A stretch of DNA of 64,000 nucleotides, taken from contig CAZWIU010000007.1 in NCBI GenBank assembly GCA_964634105.1, positions 2,051 to 66,050 of the forward strand. Direction: 5' to 3'. Each line of letters begins with the position of its first letter. Positions within the stretch are counted from its first letter, which is position 1. Of this stretch, positions 29,171 to 39,693 are shown piece by piece. Both the position numbers and the translations under genes were made by a program. The DNA comes from an uncultured Bacteroidales bacterium (GTDB lineage: Bacteria; Bacteroidota; Bacteroidia; Bacteroidales; UBA10428). The notes under the pieces were generated by a model. The model was not told the origin of the DNA. It saw only the letters and a list, made by a program, of their open reading frames with translations, and made no database searches.

Positions 29171-29902
29171 ATGAGAAGTCTGTTCATCAAAGAGATATCC
29201 GAGTTCTTCAGCTCCATCACAGGATATCTCTTTATCATTGTTTTCCTTGCAGGGAATGGTTTGATCATTTGGGTTCTGCCGACCGGACTTAATATTCTTG
29301 ACAGAGGATATGCCAGTCTGGATACATTCTTCCTGACGGCTCCCCTGTTCCTGCTTTACCTGATACCCGCCATCACCATGCGTAGTTTCCCGGCTGAAAT
29401 ATCGGGCGGTAATTATGACCTTCTGATAACCCGGCCGGTCACAGAATTACAAATAGTACTTGCCAAATATGCGGCAGTGGTTGTTATTTCGATGATCGTT
29501 CTTCTCCCGACGCTGTTTTTTTATTTCTCGGTTCACTATCTCGGCCAGGGAAGTAATCCTGTCGATGCCGGAGCAACCTGGGGCTCGTATGTTGGCCTTT
29601 TCCTGCTTGCAGCAGCCTATGCAAGCATAGGGATATTTGGTTCATCCCTGACTTCCAACTCCATATTTTCCATTATCTTGTCACTGGCGCTGGGGCTTCT
29701 CTATTATTACGGTTTTGAGTTGTTTGGCATGCTGAGCAAGATTGGAAGTACAGGCAAGCAGTTGGTCAACCTGGGGTTTGCAGCACACTATAAATCGATC
29801 AGTCGTGGTGTTATCGACAGCCGTGATCTCATCTATTTCCTGTCGGTGATTATTTTATTTCTTGCATTGACACATTTCAAACTAAAAAGCCGGAGATGGT
29901 AG
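29171..29902 (+). CDS. gldF: gliding-motility-associated ABC transporter permease GldF
   Basis: MRSLFIKEISEFFSSITGYLFIIVFLAGNGLIIW..., 6 TM segments, and it is followed by gldG. Confidence 0.85.
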   Translation: MRSLFIKEISEFFSSITGYLFIIVFLAGNGLIIWVLPTGLNILDRGYASLDTFFLTAPLFLLYLIPAITMRSFPAEISGGNYDLLITRPVTELQIVLAKYAAVVVISMIVLLPTLFFYFSVHYLGQGSNPVDAGATWGSYVGLFLLAAAYASIGIFGSSLTSNSIFSIILSLALGLLYYYGFELFGMLSKIGSTGKQLVNLGFAAHYKSISRGVIDSRDLIYFLSVIILFLALTHFKLKSRRW

Positions 29903-31623
29903 AAAACAGGATAAAACAGGAAAGTCCGTTAAAGCGATTAACCGGCAGAACTGAACTGACCTACCTGGCCGGGCTTATAGCATTCCTGGTACTCATCAAC
30001 ATAATTAGTCAGCGATTTTTCTTCAGGATTGACCTGACAAGCGAAAAACGTTATACGCTATCGGACGAAACAAAAACAATATTACGTTCGCTCGACGACA
30101 ATATATTTATCCGTGTGTACCTCGAAGGAGACCTGAATATTGCTTTTGATAATTTCAAGGATAATATACGTGATCTTCTCGATGAGTTTAAAGTATATGG
30201 TAGAAAACAAATCGATTATGAATTTGTAAATCCCTTCGAGGAGACATCCCAAAAAATGCAGAACAAGATCATAGAAGACCTCTATAATAAAGGGCTTAAA
30301 CCATCGAATATTTATGAACGTGACAAAGAAGGGGGAATGTCGGAAAAGATAATTTTCCCCTGTGCAATGGTCGTGTATAACGATATAGAGATCCCGTTGA
30401 ATCTCCTCTTAAATAACCCCGGATTAAGCGCCGAGGAAAATCTGAATCATTCCGTCGAAAGCCTGGAATATACGTTGATCAGTACCATTAAAAACATCAC
30501 CAACTCCAGGGTTCAAAAGATTGCATTTCTTGAAGGGCATGGCGAACTGAACGAACTTCGGGTTAATGATATTTCGCAGGAGCTTTCGAAATATTACCAG
30601 ATCGACCGGGGAATAATTAACGGAAGGCCGGGAATCCTGGACGATTATAAAGCTGTAATTGTTGCAAAACCAACCACTGCGTTCAGCGAGTCCGATAAAT
30701 TTGTACTTGATCAGTATATCATGCACGGCGGGAAAATATTATGGCTTATCGACGCAGTGGAGGTAAGCCTCGACAGTCTGATCGGTGGTAAAACCCTGGC
30801 ATTCGTTGCCGATCTGAACCTCGATGATATGTTTTTTAAATATGGCTTCAGGGTGAATCCCGAGCTCATCGAGGATATACAATGCAACGTGATACCAATA
30901 AATGTTGCACTGATGGGCAACACTCCCAATTTTCATCCCATGCCCTGGTTATATTATCCTTTACTTACACCTAATTCCAGCCATGTGATAACACAGAATC
31001 TTAACCTGGTTGCCGGTCGTTTTGTTAACCCTATCGATACGATAGAAGCCCGTAAACAGATTCGCAAACATGCTTTACTTACAACTTCCGGTGCAAGCAT
31101 CAGCAAAAAAGTGCCTGCGATGATTTCATTAGACGAAATAAAAGAAACACGCCAACCGGAATCATTTAATCAATCGCATCTGATTGTAGGAGCTTTGCTG
31201 GAAGGAGAATTCGAATCGGTTTTTACAAACCGTAGTATCGACCAATACTTTACGGTTCCTCCCCCGGTAACAGAGCGTAGTAAACCAACCAAAATGGCGA
31301 TCGTTGCCGATGGAGATATGATCAGCAACGATGTCAGGTACACATCGGGAGGTCCAACGATAAGTCCCCTGGGATATGATCGATATACCCGGCAAACATT
31401 CGGGAACAAGGATTTCTTGGTGAATCTCATTCAATACCTGGCCGATGATAACAACCTGTTGAAATTGCGCGGACGGGAGTTTAAACTACGGCTACTCGAC
31501 AAAGAAAAGGTATCGGCAGGCAGGAAAAAATGGATGCTGCTGAATATGATTTGCCCTTCGCTGATCGTTCTATTGCTTGGCGGATTATTCATGCTCTTCA
31601 GAATACGCCGCTTTACCAGGTGA
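29896..31623 (+). CDS. gldG: gliding-associated ABC transporter accessory protein GldG
   Basis: 575 aa with an N-terminal and a C-terminal TM segment. It has the pattern FFRIDLTSEKRYTLSDETK and overlaps gldF by 7 nt. Confidence 0.85.
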   Translation: MVENRIKQESPLKRLTGRTELTYLAGLIAFLVLINIISQRFFFRIDLTSEKRYTLSDETKTILRSLDDNIFIRVYLEGDLNIAFDNFKDNIRDLLDEFKVYGRKQIDYEFVNPFEETSQKMQNKIIEDLYNKGLKPSNIYERDKEGGMSEKIIFPCAMVVYNDIEIPLNLLLNNPGLSAEENLNHSVESLEYTLISTIKNITNSRVQKIAFLEGHGELNELRVNDISQELSKYYQIDRGIINGRPGILDDYKAVIVAKPTTAFSESDKFVLDQYIMHGGKILWLIDAVEVSLDSLIGGKTLAFVADLNLDDMFFKYGFRVNPELIEDIQCNVIPINVALMGNTPNFHPMPWLYYPLLTPNSSHVITQNLNLVAGRFVNPIDTIEARKQIRKHALLTTSGASISKKVPAMISLDEIKETRQPESFNQSHLIVGALLEGEFESVFTNRSIDQYFTVPPPVTERSKPTKMAIVADGDMISNDVRYTSGGPTISPLGYDRYTRQTFGNKDFLVNLIQYLADDNNLLKLRGREFKLRLLDKEKVSAGRKKWMLLNMICPSLIVLLLGGLFMLFRIRRFTR

Positions 31624-31631
31624 TCATCGCC

Positions 31632-32588
31632 ATGAAAAAGATTATACTTATTTTTATCATCATACCCTCGCTTGGAATTGTCGCCTATTTTTCACTGACA
31701 GGCAAGAATTCAACACTCAGAAAAAAGGATACCCGGTTTGCCTTACCTGCAACAGAAAATATTACTAAAATCAGGATCGCATCCTCAGAATACGAGTCGG
31801 TAATGGATAACACACCCGATGGTTGGTATATTAATAATCAGCCGGCTAATAAACAACGTATAAACGATATGTTAATGATTTCCGGACTGATTGATGCTGC
31901 TGCTCCTGTTTCGGAGAGCCAGGCTGATAGTGTAAGATGTGCTCTGCAGACTGGCACTGAAGTATTTTTCCTTGCAGGTTCCCGTTGTATCCATGCCTTC
32001 ACACTCTGCAAATGGAATAACAGGATTTACGGCCAGCGTGAGCGATCCAAAAAAGCATTCCGCTTGTCGGTAAAAGGATATCCCGAAATTGATCTGATAA
32101 AGGTATTTCAGGCTTCGCCTTCAGCCTGGCAAAGTAATGTCATCATGGACTTCCCTCCCGATGACATCCTGCAGGTCACTCTCACCTACCCTGCCAAAAC
32201 CAAAAGCAGTTTTACACTAAAAGTGCTTGACAGAACACATATTATGTTAACAGATGCCGATTCGAATAATTATACTGGATTATTGAATATGGAAACCGCA
32301 AAAGAATATTTAAATTTTTTTTCGGCAATACATTATTCAGCCCTGCCAGATGCATCTACTGAAACAGTGAAAAAGATTCATACTGAAAATATTCTTTTCA
32401 CATTGGAGGTCAAATTGAAAAGTGGAGCAACGTTCATCATTACAGGGTATCCAAAATACGATCCTGTGAATGCCGAACCTGATCCATGGCAATTTATTGC
32501 AACGGCCGGAAATGATAATTACATTGTATTGAAATACAACGACTTCGATCCTATTCTTGTGCCCCTCGATTATTTTCTAAAAAAATAA
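31632..32588 (+). CDS. DUF4340-like membrane-anchored protein
   Basis: MKKIILIFIIIPSLGIVAYF, followed by a soluble domain, in the usual position after gldG. I prefer the start at 31632 over the track start at 31530, which overlaps gldG. Confidence 0.6.
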   Translation: MKKIILIFIIIPSLGIVAYFSLTGKNSTLRKKDTRFALPATENITKIRIASSEYESVMDNTPDGWYINNQPANKQRINDMLMISGLIDAAAPVSESQADSVRCALQTGTEVFFLAGSRCIHAFTLCKWNNRIYGQRERSKKAFRLSVKGYPEIDLIKVFQASPSAWQSNVIMDFPPDDILQVTLTYPAKTKSSFTLKVLDRTHIMLTDADSNNYTGLLNMETAKEYLNFFSAIHYSALPDASTETVKKIHTENILFTLEVKLKSGATFIITGYPKYDPVNAEPDPWQFIATAGNDNYIVLKYNDFDPILVPLDYFLKK

Positions 32589-32682
32589 AAAGCGGGAAGA
32601 GTTTATCGATGTTTTTTTGTAATATTGATTCCCCTCGCAGGGATTAATTTTTAAAAGAAGTTTTAATTAAAACCTATTGTAA

Positions 32683-33813
32683 ATGAAGTTTGTAGTTTCA
32701 AGTATTGAATTGTTAAACCACCTTCAGGCTGTCAGCCGGGTAATAAGTTCAAAAAACACATTGCCAATCCTCGATAATATTCTTTTTACCCTGGAAGGTA
32801 AAAAGTTGGAGTTAACAGCATCCGATCTTGAGTCAACGCTGGTCACCTCCATGGAACTGGAGAACGCAAGTTCTTCAGGAAGTGTAGCCATTCCAGCCAG
32901 ATTGTTGCTCGATACGTTGAAAGAATTTCCTGATCAGCCCCTCACTTTCGATGTAAACACCAGTACTCTCGGAGTTGTGATCAGTTCTGAAAACGGACAA
33001 TTTACAATTGTTGGCCAGAATGGAAGCGATTTTCCTCAACTTCCTGTTATTAAAGGGAAAGATAAAACCAGTCTGGAAATGGGTGCCGAAGTTTTATTGC
33101 AGGGAATTACCAGTACCATATTTGCAACAGCCGATGATGAGCTCAGACCGGTTATGAACGGGATTTTCTTCGAGCTGGGTGAAAGCGATATAACATTTGT
33201 GGCTTCCGATGCACATAAGCTGGTAAGGTATAAACGTTCCGATGCCAAAGCCGATGGCACTGCATCGTTCATTCTTCCAAAAAAACCTGCATCGCTCTTA
33301 AAGAACATTCTGGCTAAGGAAGAAGGCAGCATCGTGATTGAATTTGACAATAAAAATGCACATTTTGTGCTTCCTCATTATACGCTTGTAAGCCGGCTGG
33401 TGGAAGGTAACTACCCAAGCTATAATTCGGTAATACCTACTGAGAACCCCAATAAGCTTATTATCGACCGGTTGAAGTTCTATAATGCACTGAAACGGGT
33501 ATCGGTATTTTCCAACCAGGCAAGCAACCTGATTAAACTGCAATTAACCGGTAGCCAGGTTACAATATCAGCCCAGGATATCGATTTTTCTATTTCTGCC
33601 TACGAGCGCATTCCATGTCGTTACGAGGGCGATGAGATCGAAATAGGATTTAAAGCAACCTTCCTGATTGAGATTTTGCAAAACCTGCAATCGTCCGATA
33701 TTGTTCTGGAGATGTCCGATCCTTCACGTGCCGGGATACTTCTGCCGTTGAGTAAGGAAAATGAAGCAGAAGATGTATTGATGCTGCTTATGCCGATGAT
33801 GATAAATAATTGA
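32683..33813 (+). CDS. dnaN: DNA polymerase III subunit beta (sliding clamp)
   Basis: MKFVVSSIELLNHLQAVSRVISSKNTLPILDNILF...LLMPMMIN, 376 aa. Confidence 0.95.
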   Translation: MKFVVSSIELLNHLQAVSRVISSKNTLPILDNILFTLEGKKLELTASDLESTLVTSMELENASSSGSVAIPARLLLDTLKEFPDQPLTFDVNTSTLGVVISSENGQFTIVGQNGSDFPQLPVIKGKDKTSLEMGAEVLLQGITSTIFATADDELRPVMNGIFFELGESDITFVASDAHKLVRYKRSDAKADGTASFILPKKPASLLKNILAKEEGSIVIEFDNKNAHFVLPHYTLVSRLVEGNYPSYNSVIPTENPNKLIIDRLKFYNALKRVSVFSNQASNLIKLQLTGSQVTISAQDIDFSISAYERIPCRYEGDEIEIGFKATFLIEILQNLQSSDIVLEMSDPSRAGILLPLSKENEAEDVLMLLMPMMINN

Positions 33814-33902
33814 ACCTGAAACTAATATTCCTTAAAAGAGTTTCGCCTGGCGAAGCTCTTTTTTATCATCTTTACAATAGTTACTGCTGAAAGAGAAAAT
33901 GA

Positions 33903-34694
33903 ATGAATTTAAACCTGAAAAATCCCCTGATCTTTTTCGATCTTGAAACCACAGGTATTAATATAGTTACCGACCGTATAGTGGAGATCTCCTACCTGAA
34001 GATATATCCCAACGGGAAAGAAGAATCGAATACATTCCTCGTAAATCCTACCATTCCCATTCCTGAAAAAAGTACTGCCATTCACGGTATCAGGGATGAA
34101 GATGTAAAAGATGCACCAACTTTCAACGAACTTGCCAAAACCCTGGCAAATATCCTGGAAGGCTGCGACCTGGCCGGGTATAACTCGAATAAGTTCGATA
34201 TACCGCTACTTGCGGAGGAATTGCTGCGGGCAGGAGTCGACATCGACCTGAAAAAGAGAAAGTTTATTGATGTTCAGGTAATTTATCATAAGAAAGAACA
34301 ACGTACGTTAAGTGCAGCCTATAAATTTTACTGTGAAAAAGAATTGAGTGAAGCTCACACTGCCGAAGCCGATACCAGGGCAACTTTCGAAATTCTGAAA
34401 GCACAACTGGATAAGTATCCCGATTTGAAAAATGATGTCGATGAACTATCGAAATATTCGAGCCATACTCGTAATATCGATTATGCCGGACGAATCATTG
34501 CAGATGAAGACGAGGTTGAACGCTTTAATTTCGGAAAATATAAAGGGATGAAAGTAGAAGAGGTATTCGCAAAAGATCCGGCATACTATGGATGGATGAT
34601 GAATAGCGAGTTCCCATTATATACTAAAAAGGTATTGACCAACATAAAGCTCAGAGGGGCTTTTGCAAATAATAAAAGCAAAGACGGAAAGTAA
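33903..34694 (+). CDS. 3'-5' exonuclease, DnaQ/DEDDh family
   Basis: The ExoI motif is IFFDLETTGIN. HGIRDED, NSNKFDIPLL and H..EADT are also present. Confidence 0.85.
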   Translation: MNLNLKNPLIFFDLETTGINIVTDRIVEISYLKIYPNGKEESNTFLVNPTIPIPEKSTAIHGIRDEDVKDAPTFNELAKTLANILEGCDLAGYNSNKFDIPLLAEELLRAGVDIDLKKRKFIDVQVIYHKKEQRTLSAAYKFYCEKELSEAHTAEADTRATFEILKAQLDKYPDLKNDVDELSKYSSHTRNIDYAGRIIADEDEVERFNFGKYKGMKVEEVFAKDPAYYGWMMNSEFPLYTKKVLTNIKLRGAFANNKSKDGK

Positions 34695-34826
34695 AAATTA
34701 ATAACTTTATTGAGTTTATGAAAATGGTCTGTTCATGTAATAGTTATAATTGAAAAGCATGAACGAAATAACATGTGTTACCTGGTTCAAGGAATCAGGC
34801 ATTTGAAAGAATAAAACTTTAGACGG

Positions 34827-35438
34827 ATGAAAATAATCTGTATCGGGAAAAATTATGCAGAACATGCCAAGGAATTGAACAGTGATATTCCTGCAGAACC
34901 CATCTTCTTTATGAAGCCCGACAGTGCGCTGTTGCTTGGCGATAAACCCTTCTACCTGCCGGAGTTCTCGAAGGAAATTCATCACGAAATAGAAATTGTA
35001 GTTAAAATTAACCGGCTCGGAAAACATATCGAAAGGAATTTTGCCAACCGGTACTATAACGAAATCAGCGTTGGTGTTGATTTTACAGCACGCGATATCC
35101 AGCGAATATGTATCCGGGAAGGGAAACCATGGGAAATTGCCAAATCGTTCGACGGTTCAGCGGTGCTGGGCCGGTTCATCAACCTTAACCAGGTCAGCGA
35201 CCCCGCTGCAATCCCTTTCCACTTAAATATTGATGGGAAAACCGTACAACAAGGCAATACCCGCGATATGATTTTCAGTATCGACGAGCTTATTGAATAT
35301 GTGTCAAGGTTTATTACCCTAAAAATAGGAGATCTTCTTTATACAGGAACACCTGTAGGTGTTGGTACAGTAAATATCGGGAACAGACTTGAAGGATATA
35401 TCGAAGACAAGAAATTATTCGACTTTGAAGTTAAATAA
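34827..35438 (+). CDS. fumarylacetoacetate hydrolase (FAH) family protein
   Basis: MKIICIGKNYAEHAKELNSDIPAEPIFFMKPDSAL...GDLLYTGTPVGVG. Confidence 0.85.
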   Translation: MKIICIGKNYAEHAKELNSDIPAEPIFFMKPDSALLLGDKPFYLPEFSKEIHHEIEIVVKINRLGKHIERNFANRYYNEISVGVDFTARDIQRICIREGKPWEIAKSFDGSAVLGRFINLNQVSDPAAIPFHLNIDGKTVQQGNTRDMIFSIDELIEYVSRFITLKIGDLLYTGTPVGVGTVNIGNRLEGYIEDKKLFDFEVK

Positions 35439-35472
35439 TATCCCTCTGATTTAATTGCAATCAATTCACAAA

Positions 35473-35668
35473 GGGGGTGTCTCAAAAGGTTTTTCAAACG
35501 TCAATACGAGCGAAGCCATTCCTGTATTGCTGTTTCGGCAGGCAGAGCGGTAATCTTATTTTATTAATAATCAATAGATTGTTTACCTGCCGGCAAAGCA
35601 GGCTTCAGTCGTACCGAAGTCTCGGTACTTTTTCGCAATGACGAAAACCGACCCTTTGGAGACAGCCC
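35473..35668. repeat. MITE/REP-like element with imperfect terminal inverted repeats GGGGTGTCTCAAAAGG / CCCTTTGGAGACAGCCC
   Basis: The left end is 35473-35489 and the right end is 35652-35668. There is an internal hairpin (cggcagg / cctgccg) and acgagcgaag / cgcaatgacg words. Confidence 0.6.
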
Positions 35669-35779
35669 TGTGAAACGGTATGCCGTTTCACAACATTGAA
35701 CAGTCAAAAGCTCAATCTATTTTGTTTACTATAGTTGAGTCACAGTATGCTGTGTTACAACAATAGTCAGGTTTATAGA

Positions 35780-36604
35780 TCAATAACTCAGAAAGTCGGA
35801 TTCCTGTTTTTCAATCATCTCTGATAGAAAGGCCCTGGTAAAAAACCTCTTTCGGTCGCCATTAATTGGATATCGGCTGGCATTTTTCAGGAATTTATAT
35901 GGATCGCGGCGTTTCATTACTATCTCCTCATGAATCCATTGAATTAACATGCCGGGCGATTCGTTAAATGTGTCTTCTGAGAATAATTGGATCAATCGTG
36001 CATAGTACTTTTCAACCAGCTTAATCTCCAGGCCGGATTCTTTCATGAATTGAATGCAATGATCAAATCGCTTTTTTGCATTGGCCTTTACTGATTGAGG
36101 TATAAGGCCTGATTCTATACCGCGTAACATGTATATTTCGATGTACCTGTATGCCCCGACGGCTCCGAAAGCGTCGAGGTCGTCGGCAACGGTAAGGATC
36201 TTATAAACCGGATTCGTTGCCTTATCGAATGTATCCAGGTATTTTTTATCATCGTGCATTTCTATGGCAACGAGCATTTTTTCGGGATCAAATCTGATAG
36301 GTTCTTCCAACTGTGAAAGAAAAACCTCACATGCTCTTCGGCTTTCTTTTCCATGGGCATCACTACTGTCAGTCAACAATCCAACATCATGAAAGTAGCT
36401 CGCAATAATCAGCTGGTCAAAAAAATGAGGATCTGATATATTCAAATGGTCTGTCAGTATGCAGGCATTTTTCCATACGCGATCGTGATGACTGAGATCA
36501 TGTGAGGGTATCCAGTGATTCGCAAATAGTGTGTTCAGGTACTGCTTTAACTGACTTAACAAGCGCCCTTCCGACAGAGCGATTTCAATACTATGGCTAC
36601 ACAT
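35780..36604 (-). CDS. HD-domain metal-dependent phosphohydrolase
   Basis: The H...HD pattern is present (SHHDRVWKN...YFHDVGL...HDD). It overlaps the pyk stop by 8 nt. Confidence 0.7.
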   Translation of the reverse strand: MCSHSIEIALSEGRLLSQLKQYLNTLFANHWIPSHDLSHHDRVWKNACILTDHLNISDPHFFDQLIIASYFHDVGLLTDSSDAHGKESRRACEVFLSQLEEPIRFDPEKMLVAIEMHDDKKYLDTFDKATNPVYKILTVADDLDAFGAVGAYRYIEIYMLRGIESGLIPQSVKANAKKRFDHCIQFMKESGLEIKLVEKYYARLIQLFSEDTFNESPGMLIQWIHEEIVMKRRDPYKFLKNASRYPINGDRKRFFTRAFLSEMIEKQESDFLSY

Positions 36605-38030
36605 AACTCAGCTTTATGGTGTTAACTTCTTTGTAATCGAACAGCGGAGCGCTACTGACATGAACGAGAATATCACCTTTACTGATCAGCTTTTCATCCT
36701 TTAATACGTTGATTGAATAATCGAATGCTGAATTTGTATCATATCCGGGGTTGATATAAAATGCCCGTACACCCCAGACAATTGACATCTGTTGCAATAG
36801 CTGCCTGTCGGGCGTAAAAAGATACACAGGAGCATCGGGCCGGTTGCTTGCAAGGCGAAAACCGGCTTGTGGCTGAGATGTAAAGGCAACAATTGCTTTG
36901 GCTCCCGACTGATCTGCTATTTTACATGCATTGTAACAAACCGTATCCGGAATAAATGTATCGGACGCCGGATCAGGAAAATGTTCATGGCTAAGAACGA
37001 ATTCGGTACCTTCAGCAAAATCGATTATTTTCTGCATGCTCCTGATGGCTTCAACCGGGTATTTGCCAACGGAAGTTTCTCCGCTCAGCATAACAGTATC
37101 GGCACAGTCAAACACGGCATTGGCAACATCATTGGCTTCTGCGCGGGTTGGCCTGAAATTGGTGATCATACTCTCAAGCATCTGGGTGGCAATCACCACA
37201 GGTTTTGATTTACCTATACATTTCTGTACTATCTGTTTCTGGATGAAAGGAACTTTGTCGAATGACACTTCAACTCCCAGATCTCCCCTGGCAATCATAA
37301 CCGTATCGGATTCGTCAATGATGTCATCAATCTCGTTCAGGGCCTCAGGCTTCTCAATCTTTGCCATTACCAGGGTATGCTTGCCACGTTGCCTGACGAT
37401 CTCCTTTAATGTACGTATATCCTTTGCCTGGCGCACAAACGATAAGGCGATCCAATCGAAGTTATGATCGAGCATAAAATGTACATCGTCAATATCTTTT
37501 TCTGTCAGGCTGGGAATCGAAATTTTTGTATCCGGAAGATTTATCCCTTTCTTAGAGAATAATTTTCCTCCATGAATGGCGCGGGCACTGACATCTGTTT
37601 TTTTATCGGATGAAATCACTTCAAATTTCAGTTTTCCGTCATCAAGAAGGATGGTATCTCCCTTCTTTATGTCCTTGGGAAAGTTTTCATAACTGATGAA
37701 TACTTTTTCTCTTGTACCCTTACAATCTTTAGTTGTAAATACTATTTCGTCATTATCATCAATCACGATCCCTTCTTCCTGCATCATACCTAAACGGATT
37801 TTCGGTCCCTGCAGGTCACCCATCAGGGCGATATGGGTATGTAGTTCGTTGTTCAGTTTCCGGACACTCTCAATCACTAGTTCGTGTTGTTCATGACTGC
37901 CATGCGAGAAGTTCAACCGGCAGACATCAATCCCTTCAATGATCAATTCTCTGAGTCTATCTTCAGAAGCAGTTGCCGGACCAATTGTGGCAATTATTTT
38001 AGTTTTCGATGCACTATGAATATTCATCAC
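36597..38030 (-). CDS. pyk: pyruvate kinase
   Basis: KTKIIATIGPAT...CRLNFSHG...MVARGDLGVE-type motifs (MIARGDLGVEV), 477 aa. Confidence 0.95.
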   Translation of the reverse strand: MMNIHSASKTKIIATIGPATASEDRLRELIIEGIDVCRLNFSHGSHEQHELVIESVRKLNNELHTHIALMGDLQGPKIRLGMMQEEGIVIDDNDEIVFTTKDCKGTREKVFISYENFPKDIKKGDTILLDDGKLKFEVISSDKKTDVSARAIHGGKLFSKKGINLPDTKISIPSLTEKDIDDVHFMLDHNFDWIALSFVRQAKDIRTLKEIVRQRGKHTLVMAKIEKPEALNEIDDIIDESDTVMIARGDLGVEVSFDKVPFIQKQIVQKCIGKSKPVVIATQMLESMITNFRPTRAEANDVANAVFDCADTVMLSGETSVGKYPVEAIRSMQKIIDFAEGTEFVLSHEHFPDPASDTFIPDTVCYNACKIADQSGAKAIVAFTSQPQAGFRLASNRPDAPVYLFTPDRQLLQQMSIVWGVRAFYINPGYDTNSAFDYSINVLKDEKLISKGDILVHVSSAPLFDYKEVNTIKLSYV

Positions 38031-38215
38031 AGACCTGTTTTTATCAATAGATATACAAAGCTAGGCAGATAACTAATTGCCTGCAGAGAAAATTATCCTC
38101 CGGATAACATGAGTTAAACATGCAGAAAAATGCTTTTTATTTGAATATTAGGCCTGCATTCATAGAATAATTTTGTGAACCCGCACAAATTAATCACCTT
38201 TGCTTTTTTTATACT

Positions 38216-39619
38216 ATGAGAGATTTGACTACCGGGCATGTGGGCGGAAATATACTCAGGTTCACTGCTCCCATGCTGGCAGGTAATGTGTTTCAGCAAA
38301 CATATCATTTTATCGACAGCATTATCGTTGGCCGTTTTATCGGTAAAGAAGCCCTTGCTGCTGTCGGAGCTTCTACCCCAATTATATTTGCGTTGGTATC
38401 ATTCGTTATCGGAATAGCTGTGGGGGGAAATATTGTAATCGCCCAGTATTTTGGAGCAAAAGATTATCGTAACGTCAGAAAGACGATCGATACCCTCTAT
38501 ATATTTATCTTTTTTGCTTCAGTATTAATAACTACCATTGGTATATCACTGAGTGGTCCCATTTTTCAACTGATGAAAATTCCTGAAGATGTTATCCCTC
38601 AGGCGAAGATATACCTGAATACCTTCCTTCTTGGAACTATCGTACTATTCGGATTTAACGGCACAAGCGCTATACTCCGCGGATTGGGTGACTCGATGAC
38701 ACCGCTGATATTTCTTATTATCTCATCCATCCTTAATATTATCCTGGTGTATGTATTTGTAGGCTATCTGGGGTTGGGAGTCGGCGGTGCTGCCTGGGCC
38801 ACAGTAATATCACAAGGGGTTGTCTTCATTGCTGCAATAATCTATTTAAATAAAACTCATGCGCTGGTTAAATTGCGTATCCGCGAACTCGTATTCGACT
38901 GGGATATCTTTTGGAAGAGTTTCAGAATTGGTGTGCCTTCGGGATTGCAGCAAACTTTCGTTTCATTTGGTATGATCGCATTAATGCGTATAGTAGGCAA
39001 TTTCGGAACCAATGTTATTGCTGCCTACACAGTTGCGGGCCGCATCGAAAGCCTGGCCATGCTGCCTGCCATGAATTTCAGTCAGGCCCTTTCGACCTTC
39101 GTCGGACAAAATATCGGGGCAAACAAACGTAACCGGGTCCGCTCAGGACTATTATCAACCTTAGGAATGTCAGGGTTAGTCAGTATTATTATCTCTGCCA
39201 TTATATTGATTTTCCGCTATCCGCTCATTCAACTGTTTACTACCGATCAGGCAGTAATTAATACCGGTGCGGAATACCTGGCGATTGTCGGTTCATGTTA
39301 TCTCATTTTCAGTGTAATGTTTACGTTTACCGGTTTGCTTCGGGGCGCCGGAGACACCTTGATTCCTATGTTTATCACCCTGTTTTCGCTATGGCTCATA
39401 CGTATCCCGCTGGCAGCATTACTTTCAGGCCGATTCATGTCGACCTTGCAACATTGGGGAATAGATATCAATATGAACTTATTCCTAAACGGTTCTCTTA
39501 AAGAACAAGGGATCTGGTGGTCGATTCCAATTGCATGGCTGATCGGCGCTGTATTCTCATTTTTATATTACCGGACCGGAAATTGGAAAAAAAAATCTGT
39601 TGTGCACTATGAAGAATAG
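38216..39619 (+). CDS. MATE-family efflux transporter
   Basis: GNILRFTAPMLAGNVFQQTYHFIDSIIVGRFIGKEALAAVG and 12 TM segments. Confidence 0.9.
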   Translation: MRDLTTGHVGGNILRFTAPMLAGNVFQQTYHFIDSIIVGRFIGKEALAAVGASTPIIFALVSFVIGIAVGGNIVIAQYFGAKDYRNVRKTIDTLYIFIFFASVLITTIGISLSGPIFQLMKIPEDVIPQAKIYLNTFLLGTIVLFGFNGTSAILRGLGDSMTPLIFLIISSILNIILVYVFVGYLGLGVGGAAWATVISQGVVFIAAIIYLNKTHALVKLRIRELVFDWDIFWKSFRIGVPSGLQQTFVSFGMIALMRIVGNFGTNVIAAYTVAGRIESLAMLPAMNFSQALSTFVGQNIGANKRNRVRSGLLSTLGMSGLVSIIISAIILIFRYPLIQLFTTDQAVINTGAEYLAIVGSCYLIFSVMFTFTGLLRGAGDTLIPMFITLFSLWLIRIPLAALLSGRFMSTLQHWGIDINMNLFLNGSLKEQGIWWSIPIAWLIGAVFSFLYYRTGNWKKKSVVHYEE

Positions 39620-39693
39620 ATATTTCTTAGTTGGAATTGTTAGCAATTTCTTACTATTTTGTAATTTCAAACTAAATACTTTTCATTAGTTAT

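Noticed and set aside
29171-31623. gldF-gldG without an adjacent gldA ATPase, considered as a possible anomaly.
   Set aside because: From general knowledge, gldA is frequently encoded elsewhere in Bacteroidota genomes, so this is not unusual.
31530-31631. Upstream extension of the DUF4340-like ORF (track start at 31530).
   Set aside because: The extension overlaps the gldG 3' end in another frame and lacks a signal sequence. The ATG at 31632 starts directly at the MKKIILIFIIIPSLG membrane anchor.
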